Source of the DNA: an uncultured Chitinophagales bacterium
Lineage (GTDB): Bacteria > Bacteroidota > Rhodothermia > Balneolales > HLUCCA01
Assembly: GCA_964473555.1 (NCBI GenBank)
Contig: CAYYPL010000001.1
Location: forward strand, 146,630 to 210,629
Direction of reading: 5' to 3'
Length of the DNA: 64,000 bases
Positions 21,638-31,241 of the stretch are shown here, one piece after another. The notes beneath the pieces were generated by a model. It searched no databases. It was not told the origin of the DNA and worked only from the letters and a program-made list of their open reading frames with translations. Both the position numbers and the translations under genes were made by a program. Within the stretch, counting starts at the first letter, position 1, and every line of letters begins with the position of its first letter.

Positions 21638-22531
21638 ATGATATCGAAATCGGCATATTTATTTCCAGGACAAGGCTCACAGGTTGTCGGAATGGCAAAA
21701 GACCATTATGAAACCCATGCGATGTTCAAAAAATTGGTAGATAGGGCCAATGAGCTACTTGGTTTCAACTTAGCTGAAATCATGTTCAATGGTCCGGACG
21801 ATTTACTGAAACAGACAGAGTACACACAGCCTGCAATTTTTCTTCATTCAGTTGCTTTGTTTTCGACATTGAGCGTAACGCCGCAAGCAGTAGCAGGTCA
21901 CAGTTTGGGAGAATTCTCTGCACTTGTAGCATGTGGGGCCGTTTCATTCGAGGATACCCTGTTGATTGTACGCAAACGCGGAATGCTCATGCAAAAGGCC
22001 GGAACTGATAATCCTGGCACTATGGCAGCTGTGATCGGTTTGGAAGATGAGAAAGTAGAAGCTATCTGCATTGAGGCTACTCAAAAAGCTGGTAAAGTAG
22101 TAGTTCCTGCAAATTTCAACAGCCCTGGTCAAATTGTGATTTCAGGGTACGAAGAAGCAATCGATGTGGCAATTGAATTGTTAACTGCATCAGGAGCAAA
22201 AATGGTTAAAAAATTACCAGTCAGTGGTGCTTTCCATTCTCCTCTCATGCAACCAGCTTACGATGGTCTCAAAGAGGGACTTGAAAAACTACCGATTTCC
22301 GAACCACTTTGTCCGATATTTAGTAATTTTACTGCGGTAGCAACTTCAGATCCGGAAATTATCCGTGAAAATGTACTTCATCAGTTGATGAATCCAGTTA
22401 AATGGACTCAGACACTAAAGAATATGGAGGCAAGTGGATTCACCAACTTTGTAGAAGTTGGGCCAGGAAAAGTACTACAGGGATTGGTTAAACGTACGAT
22501 CTCTTTTGAACAGAATAGTGGTCATCAATAA
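21638..22531 (+). CDS. fabD: Malonyl-CoA:ACP transacylase
   Basis: FPGQGSQ and GHSLGE active-site motifs. Confidence 0.95.
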   Translation: MISKSAYLFPGQGSQVVGMAKDHYETHAMFKKLVDRANELLGFNLAEIMFNGPDDLLKQTEYTQPAIFLHSVALFSTLSVTPQAVAGHSLGEFSALVACGAVSFEDTLLIVRKRGMLMQKAGTDNPGTMAAVIGLEDEKVEAICIEATQKAGKVVVPANFNSPGQIVISGYEEAIDVAIELLTASGAKMVKKLPVSGAFHSPLMQPAYDGLKEGLEKLPISEPLCPIFSNFTAVATSDPEIIRENVLHQLMNPVKWTQTLKNMEASGFTNFVEVGPGKVLQGLVKRTISFEQNSGHQ

Positions 22532-22540
22532 AGGAATCAC

Positions 22541-23290
22541 ATGGCATTTACATTAGAGGGTAAAACGGTACTGGTAACAGGTGCGGGTCGTGGAATCGGC
22601 AGGTCTATAGCATTGACTCTTGCTCAGGCTGGAGCTGATGTAGCCATAACCTATGCTCGTTCATTGGCAGCAGCACAGGAGGTAAAAACAGAAGTAGAGA
22701 AAATGGGGAGAAAGGCTCTGTTATTTCAGGCAGATGCCGTTGATGCCAAACGTGCTGAGGAAGTAATTAGTGATATTGTAAAGCAGTGGGGCAAGCTGGA
22801 TATACTTATCAACAATGCTGGAATCACCAAAGATACTCTCATTATGAGAATGAGTGAAGAGCAGTGGGATGATGTCATTCAAACCAATCTGAAAAGTGTG
22901 TTTAACTACAGTAAATCGGCAGTTCGTCCGATGATGAAACAACGATCTGGTTCCATTATCAACATTGGATCGGTGGTTGGTGTGTCGGGTAATGCAGGAC
23001 AAACCAACTATTCGGCTTCAAAAGCTGGTATGATAGGATTTACAAAATCTCTTGCCAAAGAACTGGCTTCCCGTAATGTAAGAGTCAATTTGATTGCACC
23101 TGGTTACATTACAACCGATATGACCGATCAGCTAAACGAATCAACCCTTGAAGCAATTGAAAAATCCATTCCACTTGGGAAAGCGGGCGATCCTAAAGAT
23201 ATAGCCTTCGCTGCCCAATATCTTGCAAGTGATGCAGCGGCCTACTTAACAGGTATTGTATTACATGTAGATGGCGGTATGGTCATGTAA
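22541..23290 (+). CDS. fabG: 3-oxoacyl-ACP reductase
   Basis: SDR motifs TGAGRGIG, NNAG and YSASKAG. Position is within the fab cluster. Confidence 0.95.
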   Translation: MAFTLEGKTVLVTGAGRGIGRSIALTLAQAGADVAITYARSLAAAQEVKTEVEKMGRKALLFQADAVDAKRAEEVISDIVKQWGKLDILINNAGITKDTLIMRMSEEQWDDVIQTNLKSVFNYSKSAVRPMMKQRSGSIINIGSVVGVSGNAGQTNYSASKAGMIGFTKSLAKELASRNVRVNLIAPGYITTDMTDQLNESTLEAIEKSIPLGKAGDPKDIAFAAQYLASDAAAYLTGIVLHVDGGMVM

Positions 23291-23391
23291 CGGTATATGT
23301 TTGTTTAAGCAATGTATACTTGTTATTATTGTAACTAAAGGTATTTTAAGAACTTCAATCTCAATCAACCATAACCAAACCTAAATAAAAC

Positions 23392-23631
23392 ATGGCACAA
23401 GACATCGAAGCAAAAGTAAAAGCAATTATCGTTGACAAACTCGGAGTTGACGAATCAGAAATCACCTTGGATTCCAACTTCACCAACGATCTTGGTGCTG
23501 ACTCACTCGATACCGTTGAGCTGATTATGGAATTCGAAAAAGAATTTGATATCAGTATCCCTGATGAGGATGCCGAGAATATCTCTACTGTCGGATCCGC
23601 TGTTAAGTATCTGAGCGAGAAAACTGCTTAA
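23392..23631 (+). CDS. acpP: Acyl carrier protein
   Basis: 79 aa; the phosphopantetheine site is [16 protein letters not shown]. Confidence 0.97.
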   Translation: MAQDIEAKVKAIIVDKLGVDESEITLDSNFTNDLGADSLDTVELIMEFEKEFDISIPDEDAENISTVGSAVKYLSEKTA

Positions 23632-23655
23632 TATCTACCACTAATTTTCATTTCA

Positions 23656-24900
23656 ATGACCCCAAGAAGAGTTGTAGTAACAGGAATGGGTGCAATCACT
23701 CCCATTGGAAACACCGTTCCCGAGTTTTGGGAAGGATTAGTACAAGGAAAGAGTGGTGCCCGCCCAATCACACATTTTGACGTCTCAGAATTTCCTACAA
23801 AATTCGCCGGACAAGTCGATAACTACAATCCGACTGATTTTTTTGAGGCCAAAGAAGCAAGAAGACTTGATAAATTCTCTCAGTATGCCATCGTTGCGTC
23901 TGATGAAGCGATCAAAGATTCTGCTTTAGACCTCGATAACATCGACAAAAACCGTGTCGCTGTTATGATCGGTACGGGTATCGGGGGATTTGAAGTGTTT
24001 TATCGTCAGTGTCTGGAATTTTCGAATAGGGGACCCCGTGGGGTTTCCCCATTCTTTATCCCAATGTTAATTCCAGACATCGCGGCTGGTCATGTATCTA
24101 TCAAATATGGCTTCAGGGGTCCAAATTTCTGTGCCGTATCAGCTTGTGCAACCGGTTCGCATAATATAGGATTAGCATATGATTCTGTTCGTTATGGAAC
24201 GTCAGATTTTGCTATTTGTGGGGGAACAGAGGCTCCTGTGTTCGAAATGGGAGTTGCTGGATTCAACGCCATGAAAGCGATGTCTACCCGTAATGATGAG
24301 CCGGAAACCGCATCAAGGCCATTCGACTCAACCAGAGATGGTTTTGTTTTGGGTGAAGGCGCTGGTATGATGGTTCTTGAAACGTATGAATCTGCTGTAG
24401 GTCGTGGCGCGAAGATATATGCTGAAATTGTTGGGTATGGTTTTTCTGCCGATGCCCATCACATAACAGCACCCGACCCAGAGGGAAATGGAGTGATTTT
24501 AGCCATGACCAGTGCCCTTATTTCAGCGGGCATTAAGCCAGAAGATATTGGTCATATCAACATGCATGGAACATCAACGCCCCTCGGAGACGTTGCTGAA
24601 ACCAACTCCATAAAGAAGGTCTTTGGTGACCATGCCTATAAACTGAATCTAAACTCAACCAAGTCTATGACTGGACATATGTTGGGAGCTGCAGGTGCAG
24701 CAGAATCGGTGGCAACGATTTTAGCAATAAAGAATGGTGTTGTACCACCAACGATCAATTATAAGAATCCCGATCCAAATTGTGATCTGAACTATACCGT
24801 CAATGAAGCGGTAGCCAGAGATCTTACCTATGCCATCAACAATGCATTCGGATTTGGTGGACATAATACATCGGTTATCTTTAAGAAGTTCGAAGGCTGA
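23656..24900 (+). CDS. fabF: 3-oxoacyl-ACP synthase II
   Basis: Catalytic Cys in SACATGS, His motifs HGTSTPLGD and a later H, and a GFGGHN C-terminus. Confidence 0.95.
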   Translation: MTPRRVVVTGMGAITPIGNTVPEFWEGLVQGKSGARPITHFDVSEFPTKFAGQVDNYNPTDFFEAKEARRLDKFSQYAIVASDEAIKDSALDLDNIDKNRVAVMIGTGIGGFEVFYRQCLEFSNRGPRGVSPFFIPMLIPDIAAGHVSIKYGFRGPNFCAVSACATGSHNIGLAYDSVRYGTSDFAICGGTEAPVFEMGVAGFNAMKAMSTRNDEPETASRPFDSTRDGFVLGEGAGMMVLETYESAVGRGAKIYAEIVGYGFSADAHHITAPDPEGNGVILAMTSALISAGIKPEDIGHINMHGTSTPLGDVAETNSIKKVFGDHAYKLNLNSTKSMTGHMLGAAGAAESVATILAIKNGVVPPTINYKNPDPNCDLNYTVNEAVARDLTYAINNAFGFGGHNTSVIFKKFEG

Positions 24901-24902
24901 GA

Positions 24903-25661
24903 ATGGTTGACAGGGTAAAGTCCTGGTTGTTTAAAAAGTCACTTGATAAGGAGACTCTCCGGAAAATTAATCATATTGAACGAATTACCGGAACCTACAT
25001 CAACAATCATCTACTTTACCTTAAGGCATTAAGACATCGCTCCAAACTTGTCGAATCCAATTTGAGGCATACGGAGTCGTATGAACAGCTTGAATTTTTA
25101 GGTGACGCTGTACTTGACCTTATCGTTTCCGAGGTTTTATTTGAACGATTTTCCTCGAGAAATGAAGGTTTTATGACGCAGATGCGTTCAAGGGTCGTTA
25201 AGGGGGATACACTCGCTGCTTTTTCTAAAGAACTAGGACTCCAGGATATTATGGAGGTAGGAAACCGCGTTAAGGATCAAGGGATAGAAACCAGCACAAG
25301 TGTACTGGCCGATATTTTCGAAGCATTACTAGGGGCGTTATATCGAGATAGGGGATATGAAGTTGCCCGGAGATTTGTGGTCCGAGTCATTGAAAGTAAC
25401 CTGGATCTTGATCAGCTCGAAGGGGAAAAGGATAATTTCAAAAGTATCTTACTAGAGTACGCTCAGGCGCGTAAAATGACTGCTCCAGTTTACGAAATTG
25501 TACGTGTATCGGGACCAGATCACGAGAAAGAGTTTGAAATCCAGGTTGTGATTAATGAAATTCCCTATGGTAAAGGTGAAGGCAGAAACAAAAAGAAAGC
25601 CGAACAGATTGCAGCCAAAGAAACCCTGCATATGTTGAAGAAGCAGTATCAGGTAGTCTAG
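24903..25661 (+). CDS. rnc: Ribonuclease III
   Basis: RNase III signature EQLEFLGDAVLDL and a C-terminal dsRBD (...KKKAEQIAAKETL). 2 nt downstream of fabF. Confidence 0.93.
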   Translation: MVDRVKSWLFKKSLDKETLRKINHIERITGTYINNHLLYLKALRHRSKLVESNLRHTESYEQLEFLGDAVLDLIVSEVLFERFSSRNEGFMTQMRSRVVKGDTLAAFSKELGLQDIMEVGNRVKDQGIETSTSVLADIFEALLGALYRDRGYEVARRFVVRVIESNLDLDQLEGEKDNFKSILLEYAQARKMTAPVYEIVRVSGPDHEKEFEIQVVINEIPYGKGEGRNKKKAEQIAAKETLHMLKKQYQVV

Positions 25662-25823
25662 ATTGATCGAATTCGCTACACAACTAATCTGATCAATGGA
25701 TTACATGCTTTCGTATTTTTTACGTATCTGATCGAAATGACGGGGAAAATGTCATACAATTTTGGTCATAAATCGTTACTTTAGAACCAAAAATAAACCG
25801 TTGGTTAAAACTTATCTACTACT

Positions 25824-26885
25824 GTGAAATTCAATATTATTAAGCGTCCCGAATCTAAGTTATCCACCACAGATTTCAATAATTTGCGATTTGGGGATAC
25901 GTTCTCAGACCACATGTTTGAAATGAGATTCAAGAACGGTTCCTGGGATCAGGGTCAAATAGTGCCCTATGGTCCCATATCATTAGACCCAGCTTTAAGT
26001 GTGCTCCACTACGCGCAGGCAGTCTTTGAAGGTATGAAAGCGTTTCGTTATACTGGTGGTCGTATCAATATTTTCAGAATTGACAAGCATTATGAACGAT
26101 TTGTAAGATCCTGTGAGCGGATGAATATCCCTTTGATTTCTGAAAAACTGTTTACTGAGTCGATCAAGCAATATGTCGACATTGACAGAGCATGGGTTCC
26201 GAGTGACACATATAAATCACTGTACTTACGTCCATTTGTCTTTGCCGCCGACGAATTTCTTGGTGTACGAGCGGCTCAGAACTACAGATACTATGTAATA
26301 GGTGGACCAGTTGGGAATTACTATGCAGAGGGTATTAAACCTGTCAGGTTGACAACCTTTCCGCAGTATGTTCGTGCCGTTAAGGGTGGCGTTGGTGAAG
26401 CTAAGGTTCCTGGGAACTATGGTGCTACCATGAAAGCCAATAATGAAGCAATGGCTGCAGGATATGCTCAGGTATTGTGGCTGGATGCATTTGAGCACAA
26501 ATACATTGAAGAAGTTGGGACTTCAAATATTTTCTTTTTGATTGGTGATCAGCTGATTACACCTCCACTTGAGGGGACCATTTTACCTGGGGTAACCCGT
26601 GATTCGGTCATACAACTCACAAAATCCTGGGGAATTGACGTTCTGGAAAGGAGGATTTCAGTTGAAGAGGTCTTTGAGGCGCATGCCAATGGCTCCCTGA
26701 AAGAAATCTTTGCTACTGGTACTGCTGCAGTCATCTCCCCGGTTGGATTTATCCACCATGGGGGAGAGTATCTTGACTTGAAGCAGGATAAGATGGCTGA
26801 TCTTGCGCAGAAACTATATGATACTATAACTGGCATTCATCATGGTGAAGTTCAAGATCCAGCAAACTGGTGTACCATTATTTAG
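25824..26885 (+). CDS. ilvE: Branched-chain amino acid aminotransferase (class IV)
   Basis: 353 aa; FSDHMF, YAQAVFEGMKA and LYLRPF motifs of the long-form IlvE. GTG start. Confidence 0.9.
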   Translation: MKFNIIKRPESKLSTTDFNNLRFGDTFSDHMFEMRFKNGSWDQGQIVPYGPISLDPALSVLHYAQAVFEGMKAFRYTGGRINIFRIDKHYERFVRSCERMNIPLISEKLFTESIKQYVDIDRAWVPSDTYKSLYLRPFVFAADEFLGVRAAQNYRYYVIGGPVGNYYAEGIKPVRLTTFPQYVRAVKGGVGEAKVPGNYGATMKANNEAMAAGYAQVLWLDAFEHKYIEEVGTSNIFFLIGDQLITPPLEGTILPGVTRDSVIQLTKSWGIDVLERRISVEEVFEAHANGSLKEIFATGTAAVISPVGFIHHGGEYLDLKQDKMADLAQKLYDTITGIHHGEVQDPANWCTII

Positions 26886-26924
26886 TTAACAAAACTCATC
26901 CAAATTTGTTAAGGTTACATTGAT

Positions 26925-27773
26925 ATGAGAGAATATCTAGACTTAGTTCAGCGAGTACTCGATAATGGAGTCTTAAAGAATAATCGAACTGGAACGGATA
27001 CCATTTCAAGTTTTGCTGAGTTTTACAGAGTGGATCTATCAAAAGGATTCCCACTCCTTACGACCAAAAAAGTTATATTCAGGTCCGTTATTTTGGAATT
27101 ACTATGGTATCTGCGTGGTGAAGACCATATACGATGGTTGCGTGATGAAAATAATTGTCACATTTGGGATGCATGGGCCGATGATGCGGGACACGTTGGA
27201 CCGATATATCCTGTTTTATGGAGGAAGTTTCCATCTCTGAACGAAGAAGAGATTGTTCTGGATGGAAATGCCGGAGCAATTACACGAACTGCCTGGTCTA
27301 AAGATTCAGTAGATCAGATCAAGCATGTAATCAACACGTTAAAAACTAATCCTGAAAGTAGAAGGATGGTTGTAAGTGCGTGGCATCCCGGACTTCTGGA
27401 TCAAATGGCTCTTCCTCCGTGCCATATTATGTTTATTTTTAATGTTTCCAACGGTAAACTGAACTGTCACCTTACACAACGATCCGGTGATATCGCATTG
27501 GGTATCCCTTTTAATTTGGCGTGTTACTCGGCTTTGACGATGGCCATTGCTCAGGAAGTTGGTTTAATTCCAGGTGAATTTGCGCATACTATTGTTGATG
27601 CACATATCTATGTTAATCATGTAGATGGACTTAAAGAGCAACTCAAGCGAGAACCGCGTCCGTTACCAACACTTAAAATTACTCCTAAACCGGTTGATGC
27701 CCTGACCCTTGATGATTTTATATTAGAGGGTTATGATCCTCATCCAGGCATCAAATTTGAAGTTGCTGTATGA
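26925..27773 (+). CDS. thyA: Thymidylate synthase (ThyA type)
   Basis: MREYLDL..., catalytic LPPCH, and QRSGDIALGIPFN. Confidence 0.96.
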   Translation: MREYLDLVQRVLDNGVLKNNRTGTDTISSFAEFYRVDLSKGFPLLTTKKVIFRSVILELLWYLRGEDHIRWLRDENNCHIWDAWADDAGHVGPIYPVLWRKFPSLNEEEIVLDGNAGAITRTAWSKDSVDQIKHVINTLKTNPESRRMVVSAWHPGLLDQMALPPCHIMFIFNVSNGKLNCHLTQRSGDIALGIPFNLACYSALTMAIAQEVGLIPGEFAHTIVDAHIYVNHVDGLKEQLKREPRPLPTLKITPKPVDALTLDDFILEGYDPHPGIKFEVAV

Positions 27774-28246
27774 AGTTGTATCTAATTGCAGCTCATGATG
27801 ATAATCTGGTGATTGGATATCAGGGTAAACTTCCCTGGCGGTTACCCGAAGATCTCAAGCATTTCAAGTCGGTTACTATGGGTCACCCTATTTTAATGGG
27901 ACGTGGCGTATTTGAGGAGATTGGCGAAAAACCATTACCGGGTAGACGGAATGTAATATTGTCCCGAAAATCCTGGAATCATGTTGAATCCTACTCAGAT
28001 ATACATTCGGCTCTTGATGCACTCAGTCAGGAAGATGTGGTATTCTTGATCGGTGGAGGCCAGATATACGCCCAGATGATCGATCAATGTGATAAGATGT
28101 TTATCACTGAAGTTAAAGGTTCCTATCCGGGTGATGTCTACTTCCCTGAGTACAGAGATCAAATTGGCAACAAATGGAAACAAGTAAGCAGAGATGACTA
28201 TCCCACTTTTAGCTTCGTGGAGTACGTGGGTTCGGGTAGTAGATGA
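27770..28246 (+). CDS. folA: Dihydrofolate reductase
   Basis: LPWRLPEDLKHFK, GRR and IGGGQIY motifs. ATGA overlap with the thyA stop. Confidence 0.92.
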   Translation: MKLYLIAAHDDNLVIGYQGKLPWRLPEDLKHFKSVTMGHPILMGRGVFEEIGEKPLPGRRNVILSRKSWNHVESYSDIHSALDALSQEDVVFLIGGGQIYAQMIDQCDKMFITEVKGSYPGDVYFPEYRDQIGNKWKQVSRDDYPTFSFVEYVGSGSR

Positions 28247-28358
28247 CGAATTCAAACTGAGTAGAGCATTTATAGTTCAGGTAACTCTGAACTCAATCAC
28301 AAGAGCCATATAAGTAGCTTCCAAATGCCTTTTGCCATGTAATTAAACTTGGCTGGGT

Positions 28359-29612
28359 TTATACAGTTACTTCTTTTAGATGTACAATGTACGGTTTCAC
28401 GACTGATTTTGTGAGAGCTGAGATATTTCTGGTCTCGGCAGCTTTGGAAAACTCGACCGCAGTACGGTCGTCATCCATCACCCAAATACTTTCGGAATCG
28501 TACCGATATGCTTCATTTACCACGCTGTCTTCAAAATAATAGTAAGAGGCTGTCTGTTCGTCGGTTTCAAAACCCATTTTCTTCAACTGATCCAGGGTTT
28601 TCTGCCTGTACGTCTGACTGGCAGCAGGAAGGGATGAGTTTTTAAGGAAAGTAGTCCTGAAAAAAGTGCGCGTCAAAAATCGTTTGCACAGGTCTGATAA
28701 AATTCTGTCTTCAGATGTTTGCCAGCATTTGATACACATTAGGATGTCATTATCGTCGATATTGACATAATGAGCAATCATTTTGTGAGTAATCCCTTTC
28801 TTTGCAGATGGACGTTCTTTGAAGAAGTATGCAATCGATTCAGATGGGAAGAACAAATCACTACCCTGTTCTTTGATGTCAAAGGCTCTCTTTAAGATAG
28901 CTCTGAGTAACTTGTCGGCACTGAGAACGGTTTTGTGCTGATACACTTGCATGTACATAAGTCTGCGCGCCGTGATGTAGTTTTCGATGGCGTAAATGCC
29001 TTTCTTCTCTATGACCACATTGCCTTGAAAAACGCGCATTGTTTTAAGAATGCGTTCGATACCGATGGATCCTTCCAGTACACCTGAGTATACACTATCG
29101 CGTTTCAGATAATCGAGTCGATCCATATCGAGTTGAGATGAGACGAGTTGGTGTAGAAACTGTTTTTTGTATTGTCCGGTAAATATATCAATGGCCAGAG
29201 TGAGTTCGCCGCTGAACTCATCATTGAGTTTTCTCATCAGAGCCAGTGTCATCATTTCGTGATGAAAATCGGTGATTATCGTTTGTTCGAGGGTGTGCGA
29301 AAAGGGGCCATGGCCAATATCGTGCAATAAAATAGCAATCAACGTAGCTTCGTGCTCTGCACGGGTGATTGTTACATTTTTATCCTTTAAGCTGGTAATG
29401 ACCCGTTGCATCAGTCCCATTGCACCGATAGCATGAGAGAACCTTGAATGCTCACTACCTGGAAAGACCAGATATCCTAGGCCAAGCTGACGAATTCGAC
29501 GTAGTCTTTGAACGTAGGCGTGGTCGATCAATTTCAAAACGATACCTTTAGGTACCGATATAAGACCATGAATCGGATCCGTAAAATATTTATGCTTATC
29601 GTTTGAGCTCAT
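28359..29612 (-). CDS. HD-domain phosphohydrolase, COG1078/SAMHD1-like (possible dNTP triphosphohydrolase)
   Basis: HSRFSHAIG, LLHDIGHGPFSH and DRLDYLKRD motifs. The longest ORF starts at 29681. I prefer the ATG at 29612 (MSSNDKHKYFTDPIHG...), which matches the usual family N-terminus and leaves a realistic divergent promoter region. Confidence 0.8.
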   Translation of the reverse strand: MSSNDKHKYFTDPIHGLISVPKGIVLKLIDHAYVQRLRRIRQLGLGYLVFPGSEHSRFSHAIGAMGLMQRVITSLKDKNVTITRAEHEATLIAILLHDIGHGPFSHTLEQTIITDFHHEMMTLALMRKLNDEFSGELTLAIDIFTGQYKKQFLHQLVSSQLDMDRLDYLKRDSVYSGVLEGSIGIERILKTMRVFQGNVVIEKKGIYAIENYITARRLMYMQVYQHKTVLSADKLLRAILKRAFDIKEQGSDLFFPSESIAYFFKERPSAKKGITHKMIAHYVNIDDNDILMCIKCWQTSEDRILSDLCKRFLTRTFFRTTFLKNSSLPAASQTYRQKTLDQLKKMGFETDEQTASYYYFEDSVVNEAYRYDSESIWVMDDDRTAVEFSKAAETRNISALTKSVVKPYIVHLKEVTV

Positions 29613-29707
29613 GAGTTGAATATACGGTTTTCTTTGGGTTTTATGCTGTTTGTGTGTAGTATTTGCCCCAGACTTAATCACCTTAACGTTAAACTAAAAA
29701 TAAATTT

Positions 29708-30778
29708 ATGCTCGAAAAGAAAGACTACGATTTTTTAGAAAGACTTTTAATTACCCCAAGTCCAACGGGATTTGAATCAGCTGGACAAAAAATTTGGATG
29801 CAGGAAGTGAGCGCATATAGCGATGAAGTGATTACAGATTCTTATGGTTCGGCCGCGGCAAAACTTTCTGTAGATTCAACTGCCATAACAGTAATGTTGG
29901 AAGCGCATTGCGATGAGATTGCGATGGTCGTTCAACACATCGATGACCAGGGTTTTATATGGGTGCAACGTATAGGAGGTTCTGATCCTACCATTGCACG
30001 TGCACGTAAGGTGTGGATTCATACTTCAAATGGGATTGTAACAGGAGTAATTGGTCATACGGCGATTCATATACAGGATAAAGATCAAAATAAACCATTT
30101 GCCTGGAAAGATTTGTTTATTGATGTTGGAGCTGACTCCCGCGAAGAAGCTTTGGATCTGGTTCAGATCGGTGATCCTATCACCTATGCGTACGATTTCG
30201 ATTATATCAATGAAGAACTTTTATCTGGCAGAGCTCTTGATAATCGAATCGGTGGATTTATCATTGCAAAGGTATTAGAACGATTAGCTCAAAATCGTTC
30301 TGATTTGAACGTGAATGTAACCGCATTAAACTCGGTACAGGAGGAAATTGGCGGTTATGGTGCCCGAATGATGGCGTACCGGCTGAATCCTGATGTCACT
30401 ATAGTAACAGATGTTACACATGCAACAGATACCCCAGGAATCAACCAACGTGAACATGGAAGGGTTCTTTTAGGCGGTGGACCTACCGTAACTCATGGCA
30501 CAGCTAGCCATTCTAAGGTGGTAGAGTTGCTGGTACGAACGGCAACGGATAACAATATCGTGATTCAGCACGAAGCAAGTAGTGTAAGAACTGGGACTGA
30601 TACGGATAGTATCTTCCATATACGTCAGGGGATTCCCAGTGCTTTGATATCGTTACCACTCAGATATATGCACACTCCAGTTGAAACTGTTTCTCTGCTA
30701 GATGTAAATGCATTGATTGATCTGATGACCAGATTTGTGCTGAATCTGAAATCAGACCAAACTTTTAATGTGCACTAA
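29708..30778 (+). CDS. M42 family metallopeptidase (FrvX/glutamyl aminopeptidase-like)
   Basis: 356 aa; TPSPTGFE, metal-ligand contexts EAHCDEIA and GRALDNRIG, and a C-terminal PLRYMHTPVE. Confidence 0.85.
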   Translation: MLEKKDYDFLERLLITPSPTGFESAGQKIWMQEVSAYSDEVITDSYGSAAAKLSVDSTAITVMLEAHCDEIAMVVQHIDDQGFIWVQRIGGSDPTIARARKVWIHTSNGIVTGVIGHTAIHIQDKDQNKPFAWKDLFIDVGADSREEALDLVQIGDPITYAYDFDYINEELLSGRALDNRIGGFIIAKVLERLAQNRSDLNVNVTALNSVQEEIGGYGARMMAYRLNPDVTIVTDVTHATDTPGINQREHGRVLLGGGPTVTHGTASHSKVVELLVRTATDNNIVIQHEASSVRTGTDTDSIFHIRQGIPSALISLPLRYMHTPVETVSLLDVNALIDLMTRFVLNLKSDQTFNVH

Positions 30779-30821
30779 AGCCGTTCAGGTCTCGGGGTTA
30801 TGTTGATCCTTTACAGATCGG

Positions 30822-30855
30822 CAAAAAAAAAGCCACTCAAATGGGTGGCTTTTTT
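30822..30855. terminator. Bidirectional Rho-independent terminator (M42 peptidase / histone-like gene)
   Basis: Stem agccactc/gggtggct (one G-U pair), loop aaat, with an A-run on the 5' side and a T-run on the 3' side. It sits between convergent stops. Confidence 0.75.
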
Positions 30856-30879
30856 GATTAACGAAAAAAATCGAATCGA

Positions 30880-31056
30880 TTATTCATCGTTCTTCTTGTT
30901 TTGAATCTCAAGACGGATTTCCTGAGAGATTTTTTTGAGGTCCTGAAGAGTTTTACGAGCTCTGGTACCAGCAGCCTTGTTGTTTTTGTTGTAGAATTTG
31001 TCCATATCACCCTCGAGTGAATCAACTAGACTTTTGATTTCAGCAAAACGACTCAT
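30880..31056 (-). CDS. Small basic histone H1/Hc1-like nucleoid protein
   Basis: Found by reading the gap (58 aa): MSRFAEIKSLVDSLEGDMDKFYNKNNKAAGTRARKTLQDLKKISQEIRLEIQNKKNDE. The KFYNKxNKAAGTRxRK core matches, from memory, the roughly 60-aa proteins annotated as histone H1 in Bacteroidota. Confidence 0.65.
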   Translation of the reverse strand: MSRFAEIKSLVDSLEGDMDKFYNKNNKAAGTRARKTLQDLKKISQEIRLEIQNKKNDE

Positions 31057-31241
31057 GTTTTAGCTCCGATTAGTTTGTGTTTAGTTAAGTAAGTATCAGG
31101 AATATTTGATCACTATTCCTCCGTGATTAGTGAAGCTAAAAATTAGCACGACGTGAAGCAAGTTAATAATTCAAAATCTATTGATTAAAACGCGTTTATA
31201 CTGTGTAAAGAACGATTTTTAGTAGATAATGACGGATTGAA

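Noticed and set aside
31143-31175. Second TTAGCAC half-site (aaattagcacgacg...) upstream of the histone-like gene, considered as another CIRCE
   Set aside because: The sequence at the N9 spacing (agttaataa) matches the CIRCE right arm at only 4/9 positions. This is probably a chance half-site.
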